From a virus: a DNA stretch of 64,000 bases. The DNA lies in IMG/VR virus record IMGVR_UViG_3300035670_000058, positions 32,001 through 96,000 of that record. One strand, written 5' to 3'. A program made the position numbers and the translations under genes. The notes under the pieces are model-generated. The model ran no database searches and had not been told where the DNA came from. It saw only the letters and a program-made list of their open reading frames with translations. Shown here piece after piece: positions 43,901 through 53,993 of this stretch (position 1 is its first letter; each line of letters begins with the position of its first letter).

Positions 43901-46354
43901 ATAATAAGTGGCGAGATCATCTTGCTACATTTGGTGTAGGAGTGCCCGCAGCAGAAATCTGGGCTAATACTGATAAGTATCAGGACGGGCCATTCTTTGA
44001 GTTGATCAACTTCGCTGATAACGAGGGATCAATTGGTCCCGATGCAGCGCGTGATCTTGATATTGATTTTGCTGTCAATAGGGATGACGTTGAGCAGAAG
44101 GCTCGCGCTCATTTCACAGATGACGGTGATTTTGATTGGTTCATGCAGAAGTATGATGACTGGGCAGAGGCATTCAAGATTGCTCGCAATCAGGGACTGG
44201 TGTATTTCTGCTAATGACTACTATCAAAGTTGCACCTATGAGGATGCAAACTCATCTCAAAGAGGTGGGTAGAACCATCAATGATAATGGTAACAAGATT
44301 ACCTTTGATTTTAGTGATACGTCAGCAGTGAGAATTACTACTGTATCAGAGGATGGACATTCCTGTCAGATAGTCCTTACGAGCAGGGAATGGTTTCTTG
44401 TCAATGAGTTGAAGGACACGATCTACAGACTGAAAACAACTACAGTCTGACTTGAACCTACTATTCACAGAATGGTATACTTGATTCCGCACAGTCGGGA
44501 GACTTGATGATGGATAATTTGAAACTCTACCTAGTTGAGTATGAACCGTTTGTATTCATAGTTGCATACGAAACCTATTGGGCAGAGGATATTACTCATG
44601 CTAGAGAGCAATTTGCTAATGCCCATCCAGATGGGGTAAATGATGTGATCAGTATCTTTGAGTGTACGAAAGTTTGGGGCGAGGAAGATGACAACGCATC
44701 TTAGCGATTTCGATAAGTCTCATATTGGTGAGATTATTCATTATGACAATAGAGCCTATGAGTGGACCAGCGCACATATCATCAGATTTATTGATCGTAT
44801 GATCAGCAAGGGTGCATCTGATTATGAGATGGGTACACTCTATGCTCTGTGGCCCGAGTATTTTGATGCTGTACTTGATTGGTATGGCTGGCCTAAGAGC
44901 GAGCAGAAGATGATGATTGCTCGTTGGATTAGTGCGGTGGGATAAAAATGAACGTAACGCAGTTTGATCAGATTCCAGAAGCAGAAAAGGAATTGATTGC
45001 TTTCATCAGAAAGGTGTTGAATCTCTCTGATGATGTACGAATTACTGTTGAGTCATGGTCTGATCAGTTTGGTGGCTATAGGATTTCTGAGATTGATGTC
45101 TTTACACCTGATCCAGAAAGAGGACTTCCATTTGGATCAGGTGGAACCTATATGCAATCAGATTATGACGCTGGTGCTGTACTCTTTGCAGCAGAGCGAT
45201 TTGTAATCAGTCGTAATGACCCTATTGAAGAATGGGGACTAGATAGTTATATTGATTATCGTCAGGAAAGGGAACAGGCTTTAGCAGAAGCATTGGGGGC
45301 AGAAATTCCTGAGTGGGAAGATAGGAGATAACTAATGAAGCCTCTATATAAGACAACTATTATTATCTGGAGTCCCTTTGATGGAGAGGAAGCAGAACTT
45401 ACTGATCTAGCATTTCAAGCAACAGAAGGTAATAGTTATTGCTCTTCTCAGAAATCTATTCTGGTAGATGATCCAAGGGATGATCCAGATTGGGATGGTA
45501 CATCATTCTTTGATGATCCATACTGAGGATATAAATGGATACTCAAGATAAGTTCATGAAGACACTTGAAAAGGAACTTCCAGATCACTTGGAAATGGTT
45601 GTGAATAAGAGTTACCATAATGATGGAGTTATTTTTATCCAACCAGTTGAGTCCTTTGAATGTGTGCTTATGATTAGATTCAATTTCCAAACCAATTACT
45701 GCACATTTGAAATCTCTCCGGTAATCGCCGGCTCTTACCGTATTGAACAGAATTCAACTATGGTCTATGTACCTAGTCCATTTGAGAAACTTGGACAACT
45801 TATTGAAGATATCAAGAAGTATCTTCTCTCATAAGGGAACCCCTAATCATGAATGATGTGACGCTCACTATTACAATCGAGCGATTGCTTGATCCTGATG
45901 CTGCTGATAGATTTCTAGAGTTGGAGGCAGAGAAGCAAGGTATCATTGATTCAGATCGATCAGCATATGAGATTGAGCAGGATATTGATGGGCTGCTCAG
46001 CGATTATCTTGATACTTCTGACTTCCATGATATTGTCAAATACGAACTCGATGCCGAATATTCGGGGGAATAAGGAATCTATTTATGTCGTATAAAGGTA
46101 TCGAGATTGAAGTGACGCCCGATGATATCGCTAAAGCACTTGATCCATCCCGCACATTTGATCCAGTGACTTATGCGATCATCAGGACATACCCATATGT
46201 ACCTGTCATTGATGTAGGCTCAGAGTATGTGGTAATCGGCAATGCAAAGTATTATACCAACGATGTGCTTTATGAGCATCTACTTGAGTGGGATAAGTAC
46301 AAGGTATTCCACCCACATACATACAGACTAAAAAGGGCGCAAGATAATATGTAA
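40923..46354 (+). CDS. Run of about 18 small hypothetical proteins, including two related MGLD-start proteins (43196-43672 with YWRKANQIH; 43684-44214)
   Basis: Contiguous coupled ORFs in the track. Confidence 0.6.
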
Positions 46355-46621
46355 TATATACTATCTAGGTATATATACCATGTTGTCTAGATGGAGTGAA
46401 TCCCCAGATATCGGGGCCATTCTTATTGCGTGTCTAGTTGTGATCGGATTGATCCTCTTGATCCAAAGTGGGGGCAAGAATGACAGATTATAGTTAAATA
46501 TATACAAAATATATAGGAGATACCACAGATGTGATCTTGATAAGCTATTGCCAGGTATAAAAGAGGCGCAGGCTTACACTGTAAACCATATAAATATATA
46601 ACAGAATAAGCACGAACGTTT

Positions 46622-46662
46622 GCCCTTATCTCGTATAATTACGGGATAAGGGCTTTTATTTT
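46622..46662 (+). terminator. Intrinsic terminator closing the rightward operon
   Basis: GCCCTTATCTCGTA..TACGGGATAAGGGC plus TTTTATTTT. Confidence 0.85.
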
Positions 46663-47094
46663 GAATTACGCCGGCACCTCTGTTACATGGAGAGTTTTTT
46701 AATTATATTTATATCAGTATATATACGTAATTGACACCTTTTATTCCTAGGCAATTGCGCAGCCAATGGAGCGCAGCGTATTTTAGAGGCGTATTGCCTT
46801 GGAATAATATATCCTTTTTTATATGGATTTAGCCAATAGACTACGAACACAGAGTAAGTCAGTATTATTTAGCCAATGGAGCGCGCCGCCTAATAGGTAC
46901 GTATTATCCTGGAGAATATAGAATGAAATTGAATTAGAATTAAGCTCCGGTTACTGTTACGATATATACAATATATTTATATCTATTTGCCAGCTCTTGC
47001 AGCTTATCCCTTTACCACCTGGCCTTGCCTAGCTGATTGCGCATGCAATTGTCTGTCCCTATAAAATTCATTTGTTGCGATTTGCAAATAATGC

Positions 47095-47123
47095 TTGACA
47101 AGCGCCGCGCGGTGTGCGACAAT
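47095..47123 (+). promoter_or_regulatory. Sigma70-type promoter of cassette A
   Basis: TTGACA-17-GACAAT with TG extension. Confidence 0.75.
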
Positions 47124-47239
47124 CCTCTTGTACCCGAAAGGGAGCACCTTTACAAGAGAATAGAGAGGGCAAGGCGAAAGGTAGCCTAATTCTCCGTCCT
47201 GACTAACTAGCATTTATGCTAGAGAAAGGAGGTGAAAAT

Positions 47240-47536
47240 ATGGCAACGTATCATATCGCCAAGATGCGTGTCGTGCGGCCATCCGAAAAGATGGCGGCAA
47301 AGCATCCCGACCGTTTCGCAACGGTTTTCGGTATCTTTGCTAATGAGCAGGGGCAGCGGCTTAGCATTACGTCTAAGGTAATTACCATTGACGAGGCTAA
47401 GGATAGCGATACTACGATTGACATCGTGAATGGTATTCTTACTCTTCCCGATGGAAAGCGTGGTCGCACCGCTTCCGAATCCATTTCGCAGGACGATATC
47501 GAAGCGGAACTCGCAGCGCTTCGCGGAGAGAATTAG
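47240..47536 (+). CDS. Cassette A protein (98 aa), paralog of cassette B
   Basis: SD AAAGGAGGTG; MRVVRP...PDR..TV.G.F...LSI..K.....AK......V.NG.LTLP.GKRGR....AELAALRGE shared with B. Confidence 0.85.
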   Translation: MATYHIAKMRVVRPSEKMAAKHPDRFATVFGIFANEQGQRLSITSKVITIDEAKDSDTTIDIVNGILTLPDGKRGRTASESISQDDIEAELAALRGEN

Positions 47537-47999
47537 TTACTAATTAGCCAAAACCCTCTCTATTCTCAGAAAGGATAAACTAATACTGAATTAGTATTAT
47601 AAAACGAATTGAATTTCGATGCCGGCCAGGTTCTTGAGCCAATGGAGCGTAGCGTATATCAGGTACGCCATATATATTTGAATTTGAATTATGTTCTTGT
47701 TCTTGTTATATATCCTGGATTATATTTGAATTTAAATTCTGTTCCTGTTTTATATTTTAGCCAATAGATTTCCATTCTCATCTGGGGGGGGGTGAGCCAA
47801 TAGAGGGGGGGGGATGAATGCCGGCCAAGCTCACCGACAATGTGAGAATAGAGCCTGTGGGCGACCAATACATTGGTCAGTATTGTCCACCTAGAAACAC
47901 TTGACAGGGTATGCGCCTTGTGGCAGTATATGGGTGTCAGAGATGACAGGGACCCGAGAGGGACCCGAGAACCTTAACAAGTGAATAGCAGGGGATAGG

Positions 48000-48401
48000 G
48001 TGACAAGGCCCGACAAGGGCGAAAGGGAAACTCCCATTAGCGTCACCTACTTCGTGGATCGGATGCGCGTCATCCGGCCCACAGGGAAGACCAAGGATCG
48101 GAACCCTGATCGGGTCTTCACCGTCAACGGCGTCTTCTACTCCACCGAGAGGGATGCCAAGGGCAACATCATCGTCAAGGACAAGTTGTCCATCATCACC
48201 AAGAACGTGGACGTGGATGACGCCAAGTCCACCGAATTCGCCCTTGACGTGACGAACGGCTACCTGACGCTCCCTGAGGGGAAGCGTGGCCGGGTCGCAC
48301 AGGCGGGGCTGGCAGAGGCGGATATCCTCGCGGAATTGGCCGCGCTGCGTGGCGAGGACACCGACGACACCGAAACCGAAACCGAAACGGAAACCGACTA
48401 G
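48000..48401 (+). CDS. Cassette B protein, paralog of A (true start uncertain, possibly ATT 48036)
   Basis: Clear similarity to 47240..47536; promoter TTGACA 47901; acidic TE-repeat tail. Confidence 0.8.
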   Translation: MTRPDKGERETPISVTYFVDRMRVIRPTGKTKDRNPDRVFTVNGVFYSTERDAKGNIIVKDKLSIITKNVDVDDAKSTEFALDVTNGYLTLPEGKRGRVAQAGLAEADILAELAALRGEDTDDTETETETETD

Positions 48402-48801
48402 GTATTAATTCACCCATCCCCTGCTATTCCTACCAATTTAATGAGAATGCCGGCGAGCTGCATATATATACAAATTAAGAATTGAATAAGAAATCTTAAC
48501 CTGTTTACTAAATAAGCCAATAGACTCCCGGCTCAATTGGAGGGGGGAAGCCAATGGAGGGGGGTGGCATAAAGGGACGCCCATACCTGGGATATATGCG
48601 CATATTCGAATTGAATTCGAATTGCCGTTCTGTTCCTGTTTTAGTGAATTGAATTAGCGCACCTGTTCGGTTACGTGCAACGCGCACAGGGATACCTGGC
48701 CGAGCCGGCCAGTAGCTGCGCGTGCAACTACCCTGGATTCGACGCGCACGGCAAAGCCCTACCCGAAGGGGTAGGGCTTGCCTGTTGGGAAGGACTAGGG
48801 A

Positions 48802-49083
48802 CTAGTCGATCATCTCCTCGTAGGGCTTGTCGAAGAAGCCACCGGGGACCGACTCGTTGAGCCTGTCCCACAGGTTCCGCGCTTCCGCGTTCATGTCGCG
48901 GTCACGCATTTCCTGATGGATGAGGTAGAGGCCAAAGGTGACCTCATCGACGGTCGGGACGCCAAGGTCCACGCCCACCGATTCCTGAAGGAGAGCCAAG
49001 GGGAACATGGTGTCGGTACCCTCGTAACCGAAATCCACCAGTGCCCCGTAATCGAGTCCCTTCAGGTACTCAATCGGGTCCAT
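48802..49083 (-). CDS. Cassette C protein (93 aa, acidic), family with E and H
   Basis: SD GGAAGGA before ATG 49083; hairpin at ~48750-48782. Confidence 0.75.
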   Translation of the reverse strand: MDPIEYLKGLDYGALVDFGYEGTDTMFPLALLQESVGVDLGVPTVDEVTFGLYLIHQEMRDRDMNAEARNLWDRLNESVPGGFFDKPYEEMID

Positions 49084-49663
49084 TATTCGGTTATCCTTCC
49101 CTGTTGCCTTGGGTTCTTCCCTTCCCCTTGGGGTCGGTCCCTGCTGTTTCCGACATCCATAGATTAGCACGACCACCATAGGGATGAAGAGCTCAATGTC
49201 ACAAGAATTCGTGACCAATGGCACTATGCAAGCGCCGGCAATTGTGCTACAATCCTCTGGGACAGCCCAGGGTGCGAAGCCAATAGAATGCGTCAGCAGA
49301 CTGGGGCGTGAGCCAATGGAGCGCAGCGTGTATGTTGGGCGCATGGAATATACAGTAGATGAGTATTAGAATTGAACTGCGGTTCTGTTCCTGTACTGTA
49401 GAGGATTAGCCGTTCTGTTCTGTTAGGTATATGGTGTATAGCAAGGTGCCGGCTTCGCGCCATTTCACGCTATCCTGGATGAATCTATACTGATTCGCTA
49501 TGATATAGGCTCGATTTGTCCTGGTCTATTGAGCTATCCAAGCCGGCTCAAATCGCCCAATAATCGATTATTCTGGGCGCAAGAAACCCCTTGACAACAT
49601 TCACCAGGTGCGCTAATCTACTGGTAGATCAAGAAACGCTCCTACAGGGAAGGGACACCAGAA

Positions 49664-49909
49664 ATGTTGGACGCAGCGACACTCATCGAGGACGGGTACG
49701 ACCCGGACATGGCGGCGAAAGAATTGATGGAGGATGCACAATTCATCATCAGCGATCTGGCCGAGGATCTTCGCAGCCAGGATCGCAGACTACAGGATGC
49801 ATTCTCTGGGCAGGAAATCCCCGAAATCGTCTGGGACGCGATCTGCGCCATCAAGGCGACGGTCAAACATCTCGATAGCGCGGAGGATGCACTGGTCCGA
49901 TATATGTGA
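49664..49909 (+). CDS. Cassette D protein (81 aa, acidic helical)
   Basis: TTGACA-17-TAATCT (49591-49619); hairpin 49921-49957. Confidence 0.75.
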   Translation: MLDAATLIEDGYDPDMAAKELMEDAQFIISDLAEDLRSQDRRLQDAFSGQEIPEIVWDAICAIKATVKHLDSAEDALVRYM

Positions 49910-50306
49910 ATAACCGAATATATTAGTGCGGGGGTAATACATACTCCCGCACTAATACATAGCCCTGGAGTAATATATAAGTCCTGGGGTACTAGAATAG
50001 AATATAAATAAATCTTAACAATAAGAAATCTTAACCTGTTTAGTAAATTAGCCAATGGAACGCATGCATAAAAATGCACGCCGAGCCAATGGAGCGTATA
50101 TATAATATTGGGCGGGTGTGTGTTTGAATACGAATTGAACATCCGTTCTGTTCCTGTTTGAATAGCACCTCGATTCCTGTTATGCGCATAAGCGCATAGC
50201 ACGCGCATAGCGTGCGCCTAGGCGTGAGCTTGCCGGCCCTATGGGCCAGGCACTTGAGCATGGTGATAGGGGAGAGGCTTTCGCGCTCTCCCCTATCTGC
50301 TAGAGT

Positions 50307-50612
50307 CTAGTAGTTGACGGGCTTGGTGGACCGGACGAACGAGGCGTACTCGCTGTAGGTCTGGTCCTCAAGGATCGTGCCGTTCGGAGAAGCGGCGTTG
50401 ATCCGGTTGAAGAGATCGACTGCATCCCCGTCCAGATCGCGCCACACCAGATGGGCGTGGATCATCTGGGAGAGAAGAGTGTCGGTGGAGATGGTGTAAG
50501 GATCGCCGCTCTTGACTGCCTCCGCGTAGAGGCTGGCCTCCTCCTGTGCAATCGCCACCAGAACGTGATCCGGCACGATGCTCAGGTAGACCATCATCTC
50601 TTCAGGCCCCAT
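50307..50612 (-). CDS. Cassette E protein (101 aa)
   Basis: SD AAAGGA; hairpin ~50264-50297; similarity to C and H. Confidence 0.75.
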   Translation of the reverse strand: MGPEEMMVYLSIVPDHVLVAIAQEEASLYAEAVKSGDPYTISTDTLLSQMIHAHLVWRDLDGDAVDLFNRINAASPNGTILEDQTYSEYASFVRSTKPVNY

Positions 50613-51050
50613 CTATTCAGTTATCCTTTCCTACTGCTGGCCCCTCTGGCCCTGTCAGATCGTGTATCGATCTGATAGGTGTATCTTCGTCTATAGCGCT
50701 ATCATGATATAGGTCCATATGGGGTAGATATTTGTGACCAATGGCACTTGACACACAGGGGATGATGTGCTAGCCGGCAAATAGAACAGGCGTTCTAAAG
50801 CTGTGCGAGCCAATAGATTCAACATCCATTGAATGGCGCATGAGCCAATGGAGCGTGCCGCGTGTATGGGGCGCAGGAATATATACCAACTATGTATTAG
50901 AATCGAATATCGGTTCTGTTCCTGTCATAATGAATTAGCCTGATGTGTTGTTCTGTTATATCTCCTGAGGCCGGCTGTGCGCCTCTCCTGTGAGTCGCCT
51001 GGCCCTAGGGCAAAGAGAAAGGACCGGGTGTCCAGCCCGGTCCTTAGTCT

Positions 51051-51299
51051 CTAGCGGAAGTCGATATCCAGAATGGTCAGGCTTCCGTCGCTGATTTCCT
51101 TCTGTAGAGCATCGACTTCGATTTCGATGCGAGCGATCTTGGTATGGAGAGTATCGAGGATTTCCGCGAGAGCGATCTGCTCCTCGTTATCATCGGTGAT
51201 TTCGGTGATCTGATCAGCGATCTGGTTGACCCACCAATTCGCGTCACCAATCTGCCCGATGACCTTCTCCAGCCCTTCGATCAGAAGGTCTGTATTCAC
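51051..51299 (-). CDS. Cassette F protein (82 aa, acidic coiled coil)
   Basis: SD GAAGGAAGGA before GTG 51299; hairpin ~51019-51045. Confidence 0.7.
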   Translation of the reverse strand: MNTDLLIEGLEKVIGQIGDANWWVNQIADQITEITDDNEEQIALAEILDTLHTKIARIEIEVDALQKEISDGSLTILDIDFR

Positions 51300-51840
51300 T
51301 TGGGTCCTTCCTTCGCTACTGGCCTGGCCTGTCCTTATTGGGGACAAGCCCATTGTGCGCCTATTCCGCTGATATGTCAATACCCTTTATGCAGTTGGTC
51401 ACTATTGTCCACCTATTCTGTGAGCAGTACAAAGGTCCCAAAAGATGTGACATTTGGCCCTTGACAGGAGCCGGCAGATATGCTAGCTCTACTTGCATAC
51501 TTGCGCAAGCAGCTAAGTGACAAAAGTCACAAAAAAATGTGACAAATGGCACTTGACAAAGCCAATAGACTCCAGGCTCTATCCTGGGCGCAAGCCAATG
51601 GACCTAGCCTTATATCTTGGACGCATGTATGAATATACTGATATACGCATATATGGATGAATTGAATTACGAATTCGGTTCTGTACATGTTCTGTTATAT
51701 GGCCTGGCCTGTTAGGCTGTTCTGTTATAGAGATATAGCGCGATGAATTCCTGGCCGGCTGGTGAGCTTTCCCACGCGCATGGGCCAGGCGATGGGCAAA
51801 GAGACAGGGCCGGGATCGCTCCCGGCCCTGTCGCCTCACC

Positions 51841-52146
51841 CTAGGCTGTAGGGTGGGCCGCTTCGAACGGCATTCCCCGTCCGATCCCCGTCCGATGGGC
51901 GTTAGCCGCATCGTAGAGGCGCTTAGCGATGCCACGGTGACGACGCCAGATCGCTTCGTCCACCAGCCGATCCACCAGCGCGGCAATCGTGCGAGGATCG
52001 ATTTCCTCGCCCGTCACCAGCACCAGCGTGAGGCTACCGGACTCTTCGATCTGCTCCGCGAGGCTGCGAGCCATAGCGAAGATCGCGCCCGACGACTGCT
52101 CCCGCAGATCGAGTGCGATGGGATCGAACATTTGGCCTAGCACCAT
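51841..52146 (-). CDS. Cassette G protein (~100 aa)
   Basis: SD AGGAAAGGA; hairpin 51803-51832 directly after the stop. Confidence 0.65.
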   Translation of the reverse strand: MVLGQMFDPIALDLREQSSGAIFAMARSLAEQIEESGSLTLVLVTGEEIDPRTIAALVDRLVDEAIWRRHRGIAKRLYDAANAHRTGIGRGMPFEAAHPTA

Positions 52147-52664
52147 CCTTTCCTATATCACCTTGGAACAAGGTGATTGTACGCCTCGCGGCTAATAGAT
52201 ACCTAGGGCCAAAAGTCCCGAAAAAAAGTGACAAATGGCCCTTGACAAGCTATGCCGGCATATGTTAGGGGCCAGGTTAAGAAATCTTAGCTTGTTTAGT
52301 AAACTAAGCCAATGGAGCGTGTACTATAAATGGTACGCCCGTTCTATTTCCAGGGCTTGAGCCAATGGACCTAGCCTTATTAGGGGGGCGCAGGAATATA
52401 TCACTGATTGAATTAGAATTGAATTACGGTTCTGTTAGGATTACATACCAATCCAAGTTCTGTTATGCGCATGTATGTATCCTGGGCACATATATCGCCG
52501 GCTGATATATTCCTGGCCTAGCAGTAGCTTGTTGCCGGCGCAACAGCTCATGCGGCATGAAGTATATATTGGTCACTATTGTCCACCCGAATTCTCTTGA
52601 CACAGCCAGGTGCATCCGGTACGCTTAGCCTGCGTCCAGCGGCAAAGATAGTACGGGAGATGAC

Positions 52665-53018
52665 ATGGACCAGAACGGCGGCACTCAGGACTTCCTGAGC
52701 GAGATCGCGCACGCGACATGGATCGCGTGCAACCCTCAGACCACATCCCCTGCCGACGTCGAGGAATTGGGTATCCTCGCAATCCGCGATCTCAACGCAG
52801 CCATCGAGAATGGCGACTACATGATGGCGACCGTAGCCAACGCAATCGTGTCCACCGTCCATCGCGCAATGGTCTGCCGGGGAATGTTCCTCGACGCGAC
52901 CGATCTCTTCTGCCGGGTCAACGCTACTGCCAAGAGCATCGGCATCGATGACATGCTCGACGGGCAGACCTACACCGAATACGTCGAGGCGATCCTCGAC
53001 TGGTACGCTCAGGCGTAG
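52665..53018 (+). CDS. Cassette H protein (117 aa)
   Basis: TTGACA-17-TACGCT (52597-52625); SD GGGAG; hairpin ~53032-53058; similarity to E. Confidence 0.78.
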   Translation: MDQNGGTQDFLSEIAHATWIACNPQTTSPADVEELGILAIRDLNAAIENGDYMMATVANAIVSTVHRAMVCRGMFLDATDLFCRVNATAKSIGIDDMLDGQTYTEYVEAILDWYAQA

Positions 53019-53457
53019 CGATCCACTAGGGTAGGGAGGCTAGCAATAGCCTCCCTATTCCTGTTGCCCTGGCCAGGGGCGCATATATATGCATGCATAC
53101 TCATACAATGGGTATGCAATATTGCGTATAGACGCAATAGAACATCCGTTCTGTTTCGTTCTGAGCCAATGGAGCGTGCGCTGTTATAGGTGCGCCCATG
53201 TTCTGCGCATAGTGTACCGTTCTGTGTTCTGTTATATAGGGCCGGCTATACGATAGGTCCTGGGGTAAGCTTTACCTTGAGCTATATGGCCGGCTCTATA
53301 TCTAATACCTGGGTATACCTTACATCTAGGTATAAGGTACACCTTATAACTTCAGGCCATCTTGGTGACATTTGGCCCATTGACAGTGACCAATGGCATA
53401 TAGTAGAGTACGGGCATGGTCATCTACTTCCACTCCACTAGCACAGGGGGCCACGCT

Positions 53458-53993
53458 ATGGCACCGGATAGGCGCGATGCGCGCGTTGCAGCGCGGATCG
53501 CACAGGCGCAGGATCGCGCTGCGCGCGATGCTCGCAACACTGCGCGCGACAATGGCAAGTCAGAGTCAGATACGGCATACGATTACAGGATGGGAGCGGC
53601 ACAGTGAAGCGCAATCAGGCGCATCCCTGCTACGTCAACGGCAACACCCCTACGGGCATGGCGCATATGCCCATTGGCCGCTACGTGGAGTCAGTCCGCT
53701 ACGGCGCATCCCTCACAATCGGCAACATCGTCCGTCGCAACGCTCTCCGCTACATGCTGGACGATGCCGCACAGGTCGCCGACACCGATACCACAATGGC
53801 GCTGCTAGATACAATCGAACACTACACTCCCAGTGTGCCGCGCTGCATGGGCACCGACACCGACTGCAACCACACACAGTCGGTGCACGACTGGGATGGA
53901 TGCTTGCACGATACGTGCGAGTGCACCCTGCGATACGGTCGCGGTGTCAATCGACTCAATGAGATGATCATGGCAGAGGGATACATGATCTGA
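53458..53993 (+). CDS. Cassette I: two coupled small proteins (53458-53607; 53604-53993 with Cys/His cluster)
   Basis: TTGACA 53380; GTGA overlap; C.H....H....C.H..CEC; hairpin ~54014-54044. Confidence 0.6.

Noticed and set aside
46761-53176. Eukaryotic NF-Y CCAAT boxes (AGCCAATGG, ~33-bp tandem spacing)
   Set aside because: The resemblance is real, but the context is entirely bacteriophage (SD sites, sigma70 promoters) and no histone-fold gene is seen; treated as coincidence
46740-53200. CRISPR array (repeat pairs 33-36 bp apart; Cas4-like gene at 17658)
   Set aside because: Repeats are only ~10-13 bp, occur in pairs 760 bp apart, and there is no cas operon; the nuclease is an ordinary phage RecB-family enzyme
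48802-53962. Long track ORFs running through the spacers (5' extension of 48802..49344; 49642..50208, 51579..51986, 53393..53962)
   Set aside because: They cross repeat motifs or lie antisense or out of frame to better-supported genes, and lack SD sites
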